From Chara braunii (taxonomy: Eukaryota; Plantae; Charophyceae), in NCBI GenBank assembly GCA_003427395.1, contig BFEA01000030.1:5141894-5205893 (forward strand): a stretch of DNA of 64,000 nucleotides, written 5' to 3'. Under the pieces are notes generated by a model. It was not told the origin of the DNA. It saw only the letters and a list, made by a program, of their open reading frames with translations, and ran no database searches. The stretch's first letter is position 1, and each line of letters begins with the position of its first letter. Below are positions 27,117-37,439 of the stretch, in pieces. The position numbers were made by a program, and so were the translations under genes.

Positions 27117-27486
27117 TTTTTTTTTTTTTTTTTTTTAATTTGGACCATTTCTCGGTTTATGCGTGTCTTCAAATGTATAGATATAATTTTTCAGGGTATG
27201 CATCGTTAAGTGCTCTAGTACATTATCAGTGGAAGTTTAAGATGAAGAGTCGGAGGGTCCCCAGCTCGTCTGGGACCGTAAGCTAAACCGGCTGTTGCTG
27301 CCGGGATAACCCCGGGTGGATATGTGAGGACCCCGGCCTCCTGTTTTGATTTGTTGTTAATGAAAGCAGTTATTTCAACAAAAAAACAAAAAAAAAGAAA
27401 AAAATTATGCGTGTCATCCTTGCGCAGGGGCCATGCTAATCTTCTCTCTCTGAATCGTTCCAATTTGAACGGATGTCCCGAAGGAC
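27117..27486 (-). pseudogene. U6: Full-length U6 snRNA retrocopy with poly(A), split by a later insertion
   Basis: 5' part 27486-27405 (GTCCTTCGGGACATCCG...GATTAGCATGGCCCCTGCGCAAGGATGACACGCATAA). 3' part 27170-27137 (...CGAGAAATGGTCCAAATT) then A20. ACAGAGA box altered. Confidence 0.92.
27171..27404 (+). mobile_element. Retroelement 3' tail with A-rich end inserted into the U6 copy
   Basis: 14-bp TSD TTATGCGTGTC(T/A)TC. Homologous copy with A tail at ~58630-58760. Confidence 0.8.
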
Positions 27487-27526
27487 AAGACTACGATTCT
27501 GAATTACCTTGGGCAAGGCCGGACTG

Positions 27527-27558
<32 letters not shown>

Positions 27559-28191
27559 AAAGCTACCTAGGGCTAGGGGGGCCAAGTCCCAGTTGAGTTT
27601 TTCTTCAACGCCTGAATCTGGACGTGTCTGGCAGCGTTGAGCTTTTCACGGCTGAATCTGGACGTGTTTGTGAAGATGCGCGGTTGAGTTTTTCTTCAAC
27701 GCCTGAATCTGGACGTGTCTGGCAGCGTCGAGTTTTTCTTCAACGGGTGAATCTGGACGTGTTTGTGAAGACGCGCGGTTGAGGAAACTGCACGCGATTT
27801 CTGCACACTTCCACAAAGACGTCCAGATTCAGGCGCTGAGGGAACTCAACGCTCCGGGCAGTTCGATGATGATATCTCAAGGCCGCATCAGATGCAGTAA
27901 TTAAAAAATATATATATATATATCCGATGGATACGGTAGTGACCTATCCACGCAGGGCACAGCCCTGCAAATAGCCTTAGGAGTAGTGGTGGGCAGTGAA
28001 AGGAAAAAAATATGCTTCTTCAGTATCTTTGCCCCTCTGCCGTCGATTTCAAGGGTGTAATGAAAGTCGGAAAATAAAATAGAAACGAATCTATTAGATG
28101 GATACGGTGGAAGAAGGTGCGTGGCCATGTATCTCTTCTGCCCACCTTCGGTTTGGAACCGGTCGGAGACGTCGGTGCCAGCCTGGACCAG

Positions 28192-28357
28192 GGGCGAGGT
28201 CCCACTAGCAAAGAGGATTGGATTGAACACCTGAATCTAGACTTGTTTGAGGAAAGGTGCAGAAAATCGAGATTGAACTCCTCTTCTGCATCTCTGCCTA
28301 AAACACGCCCAGATTCAGGATCTTAATCCAATCCCCATTGCTAGTGGGACCTTGCTC
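28192..28357. mobile_element. Palindromic MITE, same family
   Basis: TIR GGGCGAGGTCCCAC / GTGGGACCTTGCTC; TSD CAG. Confidence 0.85.
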
Positions 28358-29210
28358 CAGGCGTCCCTGAGGCATAGCTCGTGGAATCAATGGCTTGCTA
28401 AGGGCCGGTAGTTGGACCATTCGGCATCTCCCAAGTTTTTTTTTTTTTTTTTTCCAAGATTTCGAATGCATCTTTCTTTCTTTCTTTCCTTTTTTGCCAG
28501 GGGCCCTTTTCGGAGGCTGCCCGCCGTGGATTCGATTTATCTACGGCGCTGGGCGTCCTAAAATTTTGTAGGCGACCAGTTTTCTTTTCAGCAAGGCTGG
28601 GGCGTGTACCGGCGGTGGTGGTTTTAAACCGCTAGTACACGGCCTCAGCCTTGCAGAAAGTTTTTGTCGCCACAAGCAAAACTGGGAGGCGCCGGGGGCC
28701 AGGCCCGATGTAGGAAAATGAAAAAAAGTTCCACCGCCTCCGAAGTGGTGGGGGGTTCATGCTGACACCAGCGGGCCTATGTGAGGAGAACCAATTCAAT
28801 TACCTGCAAGCATAGGGCCTTGCGAGGCCCCGCCCCAACAGGGGTAGTCAGAGATGGGGTGGGGTCGCTGGTGGGGGTCCAGCTGATGCAATTCGAGCAT
28901 TTTGCCAGTGGCCGCACCTCCCTTACTTGTCTTAGGAGTAGTGGTAGGAATGTAGTGAAAGACAAAAATCATTTGAGAGAAGAACATAGTGTAGTTTAAA
29001 AAAAAAAAAAATTAGAAAACCAATTATCTGTTGAATCTGGACAGGATGGCCTTTCAGGCCTTTCAATTGCACAAACTGGAAAACATTTGTTTTTTTTATA
29101 TATATATCTATATAACCAAGCTATACAGCTAACAGGACAATAACAAGATTCTGCCTTTTTTTCAAAAAAAAAAAAGAAAAAAAAAAGAAAAGAGAGGAGA
29201 GGAAGGATCC

Positions 29211-29772
29211 AGCGGCCTAGCTAGTTGGTTAGGCATGCAAGTGGTGTTCTGGAGGTTGTAGGTTTGAGCCCCACAACCGCCTGCAGCGCACTTAGTGCCA
29301 AGCAGCGGTGATGGTCCCCTTGATACCTCTGATCGGTATTAGCAGGGTCCTTGGCCGACAGGGGTGTGAGTGTGAGTGTGAGTGTGAGTGGGTTGTGTGT
29401 AGTGTGTGGGAGCATGTTGGCCTTATACATTGCTGTTATTCGGTTGGGGGTGGGGGACGATGAAAAGGAAGGCGCAGGCTACTGGCAAAATGCTCGGTCT
29501 TTGCGTTACCTGGACCCCAACCGGTCCCCTCCCCCACCCCCCACCCCATCCTTGACCACCATGGTTGGGGCAGGGGGCAACATGCATCCCCTCTGATGGC
29601 TGGAGAGAGACAACAAAGCTATGTTCACAGGGGTTCCCTGTATAAGTAAAAGCCTTAGGAGTAGTGGTAGGTAGGTAGTGAAGGTGAACTGAAAGAATTT
29701 GAAAGATGATGAACAAAGATTTGAGAGAAGAATATAGCGTAGATGTATATAAAAAAAAAAAGAAGAAAAAAA
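29211..29772 (+). mobile_element. tRNA-derived SINE with A-rich tail
   Basis: A-box TAGCTAGTTGG, B-box-like GGTTTGAGCCC. Tail CCTTAGGAGTAGTGGTAGG is shared with copies near 27975, 28930 and 57790 (-). Confidence 0.65.
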
Positions 29773-30014
29773 GAGGAAGGTTTGCCTTGACGTTCCTCAA
29801 AAGGAAGTGGAGTTTTTTTTTGTTTTTTTTTTTTTCCCACTTTTGGGCGAGAACTGCAGCTATTTGGGGAAAGACAAACAATCAAACTGCAGCTATAGCT
29901 GCTATACTAACGGACGTATCTCAGTTGGTACACCCATGCACTATTGAAATACAGACCGGAGTTAGAATCCAGATGGACAGAATAAAATAATTCTTAATTG
30001 ACCGGTAAAGCTCA

Positions 30015-30626
30015 GGGGTGGACCCCACTGCTCGGCGGCTGGAAAAAGTGGTTGGCCAGAAAAAGCGGTGGAAAGACGGCGGAAAGACTTTGGCGGGTTT
30101 CCATGGGACCCCACCGCCAAAGTATTTCCAAAGCTCTGGAAACAGCAAAACATACCCGAAAGGGAAAAGTTGGAGGGTCCCCCCCCCAAAAGGAAAGTTG
30201 GGATGGGATTGTGGTGCACCAAATTCGTCCGTCGCTGGACCAGGACACACAACGGCCCACATCGGAACTGTGCGACAGGGCAGTGCATGTCCGAGGGGGC
30301 TTGCCCACCCATGAAACGGTCCGCCGTGACGTGAGCTGGACCATGCTCGCTCGGCATCTTCTTTCCACAGGAGAACATGGCCCCCCCCCCCTAGTCGGTT
30401 GGAAGGCCTTTCTGGAAAGGTCATGGAAGGCCGCGCTGTTCGGTTTTCAGGCCACCAACCGTGTAGAAATGCTTCTGACACCTTTCCGGCAACGTCCTTC
30501 CACGGTCTGTGGGGTCTGAAAACCCTTCCAATTCTGAGTTTCCATCCTCTTTTCCAGATCAGTGGAGTCCCAAACACACCGGCCTGGAAAGAAATTTCCA
30601 GGAAGCGGAGTAGTGGGGTCCGACCC
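30015..30626. mobile_element. 612-bp non-autonomous Harbinger-like element
   Basis: TIR GGGGTGGACCCCACTGCTC / GAGTAGTGGGGTCCGACCC; TSD TCA. Confidence 0.75.
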
Positions 30627-31321
30627 TCAGTCATGTGACCTCGAAGCCGTCGCCCCTCTTTACAAACAAAGAAAAAAGGGAAAAAAAAAAAAACAAAAAA
30701 AAAAAACCCTGCAGCTATTGGCTCTTTCATCCGACCTCCATTGGCATAGAAATATGTCAATTAGAACCTACCCTACATTGTGCACAACATGTGATAAGAA
30801 ACTGCGCTCAGATACTACCTCTGTGCTGAAATGACAATGTCACACGGGAGGCAAATTGTCTGGGACCCACACGGAAGGCAAAAGACCAATGGCCGTCCTT
30901 TTTTTTATTTGTTTGTTTATTTGTTTAGAGCACTTTCTCTACTCGTACTCTCTCTACCCATACTCTCTCTACCCATAGAAGTCACCTCCTCCTTTGTTAG
31001 GGAACATCCGCACGGCTTGAGAAACGGTTCAGGACCCATCGCGAACAACAGCAAACTTTGCTGGCCTAAAAAATCACATTTCTTCAATGCGGACACAATA
31101 ACGATCATAACAATCTCCTCGTGTAAATCCCATTTCTTCAATGCGGACACAATAACGATCATAACAATCTCCTCGTGTACCCGAACCCAATAAAATGGGG
31201 GGTGCCTTTCCGTTCTTGGGCCGCAGATACCGGGGGGCCTACCTTCTTTACCCGAAGAAGAAATCGTGCGCTCATTATACAGGTATCTAGACTGAAATGT
31301 AGCCCAAATTCAGCTGTAGTG

Positions 31322-31460
31322 AGGGCATACTCACATTAGGCCCTCAAAGCCCCCAAAACGCAAAATGAGCGGCGAGGTAGAGTCCTCCATTCGCAAGGAC
31401 TCAATGTGGCCGCTCATTTTGTCATTTTGCATTTTTGAGGCCCTCGTTTGAGTATGCCTT
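31322..31460. mobile_element. Hairpin MITE
   Basis: AGGGCATACTCA...TGAGTATGCCTT with nested inverted repeats; GTG on both flanks. Confidence 0.65.
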
Positions 31461-32232
31461 GTGAGTACGATTTATCCGCATGAAGGAGGTAGCAGTGGGG
31501 TCCTTTGATTTGTAGCTGTCCTTTCTTAGACTCGAGGCTGCAGTCTCGGGGATGCTCTACCAGCTTGTTTGTACTTGTCATGTATACTGTTTAGTACCTG
31601 CCGCGTTCTTAGCCCCCCTCTGTTTCAAATGAATACAGCCCCCCACGGCAGGCAGATTCATCCACTGCGTTAATGGCCTACAAGCCTGGTAGGTACTGGT
31701 GGTTTGACTCACTGTCAGTGTGAAAACTCTTTGCTCATTACCTCGGTGAACTTTCACTCGTTACCTCGGTGAACTTTCAACCGTCACTTGTGATGTCACT
31801 TGTCTGCACAGATGAACTAATGGACCGCAGTATGGTGATGTAAGATTTTCAGCAAAGAAAATAAAAATGAAAAATATATATATTTTCTTCACTCGTTACC
31901 TTGGTGAACTTCCAACCGTCACTTCTGATGTCATGTGTCTGCACAGATGAACTAATGGACGGCAATATGGCCATGTAAGATTTTCAGCAAAGAAAATGAA
32001 AATGAAAAAGATATATATTTTCTACGTACACCTGTATTCGTACGCTACTCGTATGCTAGGGGCCCGTACAACTTTTTTATTTTATTTTAATCCGGTATTG
32101 TTTTTGTTTTCTTTTTCTCAAATTATAATAAGAATCTGCAGATGATGCTCAGCCAAATGTTGCTTGTCTTGTGCTGTTGCAGCACTTCTTTTTTTTTTTG
32201 ATTTTTTAAATGACTTTTTTTTTCCCGTACAG

Positions 32233-32397
32233 GGCCTAGGTCCCATTAGCAAAGAGGATCGGATCGAATGCCTGAATGTGGATGTGTTTTATGCAGAGAT
32301 GCAGAAAAGCAGTTCAATCTCGAATTCCTGCACCTCTCGACAAACACGTCCAGATTCAGGCATTCGATCCGATCCTCTTTCCTAGTGAGACCCGCCC
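32233..32397. mobile_element. Palindromic MITE, same family
   Basis: Near-perfect hairpin; flanks CAG/CGG. Confidence 0.8.
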
Positions 32398-32691
32398 CGG
32401 GTTCCCTGGACAGATTACCTGTACGTTTCGCAAGGAAAGGCCCTGTACATATACGTTCGGTAACAAAGTTTTTCTTTAAAAATTTTAAAGAAGATTTTTG
32501 GAGTGGACGGGGCTAAATATTCAATGGTCGGAGAGCACATCGAACGAAAAGGCAGCGGAAAAAAAAGAGGAATCGAAAGACAGAGCTGCTAGTGTAGTGC
32601 GGCCAGTCCCTTCCGGTCCTGGTCGTGCGGGTGGTACCAGGGCCATGTCTCACTAGCAAAGAGGATTGGAATTACTGCATGAATCTATTAA

Positions 32692-32848
32692 ACCACGAGT
32701 ACCTCCTGAAAGTGCTCCGTGTTAACGGCGAGTCAAAAGTGGAAATCACGCCGTTTCCACTTGGCTGAATCGGGCCTACCAGCCCAGGCCCGTTCATCCC
32801 AAGAGCCACGCCCGTTAACGAAGAGCACTTTTAGGAGGTACTTGTGGT
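32692..32848. mobile_element. TTAA-flanked MITE
   Basis: TTAA|ACCACGAGTACCTCCTGAAAGTGCTC...GAGCACTTTTAGGAGGTACTTGTGGT|TTAA. Confidence 0.8.
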
Positions 32849-33353
32849 TTAATTAAGAAGGTATCGGTCAATTAACGAGTTCATGAATTATCGAGGCTCG
32901 TAGAGTGGCCCGAAACCATTGCCCGAGAATTTCGACTTGACCCTAGGGAAAAAGTTGTTCAGCATATTTTTCTGCATAACATTTTTTTTTCCCGTCTCTT
33001 TTGGATTTTTTTGCCCTTTCCTGGCTGGCCCGCCCGGGCAACCAAGACGACCCCGCAGCCCAGTTGGTAGCCCAGTCAGTCGAAGTTATTGAATTATTGG
33101 ATTATTGAATTATTGAATTAATTATGGCATGTGATCGAGATTAGTCACTTGTGGCCCTAACAAAACTAGTGCTCTGTAAGCGCCCCAGATAAGGCATCCG
33201 CCCCAGATAAACTACCCAAAGATAATTAATAAAGCGCCCATTGGAACTGTTTGTAAGAAACCATTCTAACTAAAGATATAAATAAAGATACATATAGTGC
33301 CGGAAAAGTGAAAATAAGGCCTCAACCATACATATCGCTCTTCGTTTCTAGTG

Positions 33354-33438
33354 TACGGCTAGCGGGACTCGAACCCACAAGGCGCGAAGCGCCGCCACAT
33401 CCTAAGTGTGGTGCGTAAACCAATTTCGCCATAGCCGT
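33354..33438 (-). tRNA. trnL: tRNA-Leu(UAG), organellar/bacterial type, inside the NUMT
   Basis: Acceptor stem ACGGCTA/TAGCCGT, anticodon arm CCACA-CTTAGGA-TGTGG, long variable arm, GGTTCGAGTCC. Confidence 0.9.
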
Positions 33439-33583
33439 TTCTTTCTGGAATATGTATACAAGTTAGTTGCCTGAAAGGAGTATAAGCATGTCTACCCCAC
33501 TTCGTGGCCTTATGGGTATAGCAGGATTTGAACCTGCGACCATTAGGTTAAAANAAGCATGTCTACCCCACTTCGTGGCCTTA

Positions 33584-33649
33584 TGGGTATAGCAGGATTT
33601 GAACCTGCGACCATTAGGTTAAAAGCCCAATGCTCTACCAACTAAGCTA
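33584..33649 (-). tRNA. trnK: tRNA-Lys(UUU), plant-mitochondrial type, lacking ~7 nt at the 5' end
   Basis: TAGCTTAGTTGGTAGAGCATTGGGCTTTTAACCTAATGGTCGCAGGTTCAAATCCTGCTATACCCA closely matches plant mitochondrial trnK as recalled. Partial duplicate at 33513-33553 next to an N. Confidence 0.88.
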
Positions 33650-33895
33650 AAAAAAAAAAAAAAAAAAAAACGAAAAACAAAACAAATACAAAAACTTGTG
33701 GCCCTTGGCATGTTTGCTGGTTTCTAATCTCATGGAAGCCTTGGGCTGTGGGCCCGTTATAAATGGAAGACTTTGGAAGTGGATTTTGGAATAATAATAT
33801 AAAAATTAAAAAAAATCTATAAAATAATATAATAATAAAAAAATATTTAGTAATAATAATAGTTAGTAATAAGTTACTAATAACTAATAAATATA

Positions 33896-33990
33896 TGAAA
33901 CTCCGACGAAACAGTTTGTCACAGCCCCTCGTTTGTTGTCCTCTTCTCCCTCTCTGCCTACGGTTTACCGGGCAGTTCTATTTGACGATA
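33896..33990 (+). repeat. 5'-truncated copy of the hammerhead-bearing short element
   Basis: Near-identical to 22984-23078, flanked by (TA)n. Confidence 0.8.
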
Positions 33991-34278
33991 TATATATTGA
34001 CGATATATATCACAAAAATAACTGTCGTAATAATAAATGCCATAATAAATCAGTTGCTCTGCAGAATGGATACTCCAGAGAGGCATTCCGTTCTATTCAC
34101 ATCTTTTAAGGGCTTTTTGGCAGACATCTCAACTATGGGGGTATTTTGCAAACCCTAATAATAAATAATATAATAACAAATTAACAATCAATAATAAATC
34201 AATAATAAATCAGCTGCTTAGTTATTCACCCTGTTTTTTTTTTTTTTGTCTTTTTTGTTTTGTTTTGTTAATCTGCAG

Positions 34279-34419
34279 ATGGAAGCGACCATTCGAAAAG
34301 GGCAGCTTCTCTCTGATGATGTCGTCATGGACTTGCTTGGTCGACGGCTCGAGCATGGGATGAGGGTCGGTGAGCGGGGCTTCATTCTCGATGGATTCCC
34401 TCGAAAGCATTCTCAAGCG
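34279..34419 (+). CDS. ADK: Adenylate kinase exon 2
   Basis: Polypyrimidine tract and CTGCAG acceptor. Encodes GQLLSDD and GFILDGFPR (adenylate kinase signature). Donor GCG|GTAAG. 141 nt, phase 0. Confidence 0.95.
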
Positions 34420-35058
34420 GTAAGAAATATCTCCAAAGTTACCACTTACTGATCAGCGAGTCTACCAATCACTAATTGCTAATTAGTAATCAATAGTTAC
34501 TAATTAGTAATCATTAATTACTAATTAGTAATCATTAATTACTAATTAGTCACCTAAGTACCTCCATGCTCTTCTGCTTGACCATTTGGATTTGAAAGTC
34601 ACAACTGCTTTCGTGCCCTGTCTCAGTGTTTCGCGCGTGCTATCGTTCACGGTCATTGTTCGATGAACTTAACGGTTACTTGTGATGGTTGTGGTCATTG
34701 TTCGTTCGGTGAACTTGTCGTCATTGTGGTCATTTTTGTTTGGTGCTATTAACCACGGCTAATAGTATTTGTGGTCGTAATTCTCGACTTATTGTGTCAT
34801 CATTGTGGTCATAGTTTGTGACTTAATGTGTCATCATTGTGGCGATTCTTTTGTGATGTTAACCGTGGTTAAGAGGTCTTAACGGGTCGTCGTGGTCGTT
34901 GTTTCTTTGGTGAACTTGTCGTATATATAGTGGACATTGTTTGGTGCTATTAACCGCGGTGAATAGTACTTGTTGTGGTCATAATTTGTGACTTGATGTG
35001 TCATCATCATTGTTGTGGCCATTCTTTGGTGCTATTAACTGTGGTTAATAGGTCGTAA

Positions 35059-35253
35059 AACACCGTTACCTTTTCCCCCCGCTGCTTTTGGGACAAAGGG
35101 AAAATAATAAAAATATCCTACTCCCAAAAAATCGGGGGCTGGGCCTATCGATGGCAGCCGCTGATGAATCTCATCGGCGGCCGTCGTTTTGTTTCGGCCT
35201 CCTAAAAAAGATTGGAGGCCACATGAGGCTGTCGTGGAAAAGGTAGTGGTGCT
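35059..35253. mobile_element. MITE with TTAA-type TSD (Kolobok-like RR...YY termini)
   Basis: TIR AACACCGTTACCTTTTCC / GGAAAAGGTAGTGGTGCT; flanks GTAA/TTAA. An empty-site paralogue GGTCTTAACGGGT is near 34876. Confidence 0.65.
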
Positions 35254-35400
35254 TTAATGGGTAGTTGTGGTCATTGCTTGTTTGGTGAACGTGTGCCGTA
35301 TATAGTGGTAGCCGCGGTTAGTAGTAATTGTTGTGGTCATAATTTATCTTCTATTTTTACTTTTTTTATGCTCATGTTAGTTACCGGGGATAACTTGATT

Positions 35401-36405
35401 CAAATTTCAAATGTTTTTAGGATGGGAAGGAGTAGGTCTCGCATCATATTTGTTAATTAATTTTTGGTTTACATGACTTCAAGCAATGACGTAAATGTGT
35501 CCTTGTTGTGGTCGGTGATAAAGCATAGTCAGTCATGATCAACAAACGCTAGACACATAGCCGCGACATGCGCAGTGATCATATGTGAAACTCAATCTCG
35601 AAACCTGAGTTTAAAGAAAGACAGACATGAAGCTCATTTCACAGCTTCAGCTATGACTCCATAGCTTCAGCTATGACACCTCCGTCGACTGAAAGAATAG
35701 AGTGGCGCTCAGACCGAGGCGCTGGCATCCCCGACTAGTTTCGGTCGCTGCCAGTTAGCGACCTCATCGGCGGGTGGTTCGAGATTGTTGTGGTCATTGT
35801 GTGGTGCCATTAACCGCAGTTAAAAGCACCAAACACTCCTAGCTTATGACGGCCGATCGCCTAATGGGCGCCCGGGACAACAGCAGCCTAGCTTATAACA
35901 AATTTGATTATAATATTACAACTACAAATTTCAAATGTTTTTAGGATGGGAAGGAGTAGGTCTCGCATCATATTTGTTAATTAGTTTTTGGTTTACACGA
36001 CTTCAAGCAATGACGTAAATGTGTCATTGTTGTGGTCATTGTGTGGTGCCATTAACCGTGGTTAAAAGCACCAAACACTCCTAGCTTATGACGGCCGATA
36101 GCCTAATGGGCGCCCGGGACGACAGCAGCCTAGCTTATAACAAATTTGATTAAAATATTACAATGACAAATTTCAAATGTTTTTAGGATGGGAAGGAGTA
36201 GGTCTTGCATCATATTTGTTAATTAATTTTTGGTTTACACGACTTCAAGCAATGACGTAAATGTGTCATTGTTCTGGTCATTGTGTGGTGCCATTAACCG
36301 TGGTTAAAAGCACCAAACACTCCTAGCTTATGACGGCCGATAGCCTAATGGGCGCCCGGGAAACAGCAGCCTAGCTTATAACAAATTTTGATTAAAATAT
36401 TACAG
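35401..36405. repeat. ~242-bp tandem repeat (about 3 units) in ADK intron 2
   Basis: CAAATTTCAAATGTTTTTAGGATGGGAAGGAGTAGG at 35401, ~35926 and ~36168. Confidence 0.9.
35514..35784 (-). mobile_element. 271-bp insert with 11-bp TSD and a minimal type I hammerhead motif
   Basis: TSD TTGTTGTGGTC at 35503-35513 and 35785-35795, single in the sister repeat unit near 36027. On the - strand: CCGATGA-GGTCGCT-aactggc-AGCGACC-GAAACTAGTC-GGGG. Confidence 0.75.
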
Positions 36406-36565
36406 TGAATTAATGAAATTAATAATTATGTATGGCAAAACTCAAGGATATCAGATTATCTGTATCTGTACCTGGCCTGAAAAACTCGTGCCGAATACTC
36501 CTCTACTTGGATTGGCAGTAATTGTATCCAGTGTTGTTGGAATTTTATCGATGATGTGTTTACAG

Positions 36566-36841
36566 GAGATGCTTTCGAATATCGCCAACTTGGATCTGGT
36601 ATTGAATCTGCGGCTGCGGGAGGACGTGCTGGTTACCAAGTGCTTGGGAAGGCGTGTGTGCAGCGAGTGCGGCGGAAACTTCAACATCGCCGACATCGAC
36701 ATCGAATCAGATCGAAATGAGGGCGAGCGGATCGTCATGCCGCCCCTGCTTCCGCCCACCGAGTGCACCGACAAGATGACCCAGAGAATCGATGACACCG
36801 AGGAGATCATCCGAGCCAGACTGAAGGTTCACCAGGACGAG
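36566..36841 (+). CDS. ADK: Adenylate kinase exon 3 (LID domain); terminal exon not found in the window
   Basis: TTACAG acceptor. Encodes GRRVCSECGGNFN...PPLLPP...TQRIDDTEEIIRARL. Donor GAG|GTGAG. 276 nt, phase 0. Confidence 0.93.
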
Positions 36842-37439
36842 GTGAGATATTATATCCGGCCATGTGGTCGCAGTTATTGGAACGCGTGTGACCCCCCCCA
36901 CCCCAACACACCGATTACCGGACTGCATGATATACCCGTCAACCTCCACCACCCTAATCATCGGATCGTGTGCGACCCTTGTTGGCACACATGCGACCGA
37001 TTGTGTGTGACCCTTATTGGAACGCATGCAGCTAATCGTGTGTGACGCTTATTGGAACGCATGCGGCCCTGATTGGATGACGTGAGACCTGAATACAACG
37101 AATGTACAGTCATTGTTTCTGTATTTAGACTGAAATATACCCAAATACATGCACAGCTATAATGACCGTACGATGTATTTGTTTGCCTGGGCGGCCCGGC
37201 CGAGCAAGGGCCAAAGAAGGTCCCGCCATCCCGGTAAAAAAAGAAAAAAAGGTTATGCAGAAAAATAAACTGAACAACAACTTTTGTCTTGGCGTCACAT
37301 CAAAATTCTTTACCAAATTTAAAATAAAAACCATTTAAAAAATTTTAATTGTTTTTCGCTCTGCCGGGCAAGTGGTCCCGGGCCACTCTGGTAGATTGCA
37401 AAATGACGAAGTACACACGATATCACAGATGCCGAGCGC

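Larger units (their letters stand above)
33159..33693 (+). other. Mitochondrial-derived insertion (NUMT) with poly(A) tail and 12-bp TSD in ADK intron 1
   Basis: Contains organellar-type trnL and trnK on the - strand. A-rich tail 33649-33693. ACTTGTGGCCCT at 33147-33158 and 33694-33705. Confidence 0.82.

Noticed and set aside
29921-30760. 279-aa ORF and overlapping ORFs
   Set aside because: They lie across a GC-rich non-autonomous TIR element and show no domain motifs.
33484-33553. Apparent tandem second trnK
   Set aside because: Exact 70-bp duplication joined at a single N, typical of a contig-overlap artefact.
35150-35235. Hammerhead-like pieces (CTGATGA on +; GGCCTCC/GGAGGCC-GAAAC on -)
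   Set aside because: The core halves do not assemble on one strand (CTCATGT has two mismatches, no stem III/NUH); explained by MITE hairpins.
36842-37045. In-frame read-through after ADK exon 3 as the true C-terminus
   Set aside because: A consensus GTGAG donor is present and the read-through peptide is repeat-derived and unlike adenylate kinase C-termini.
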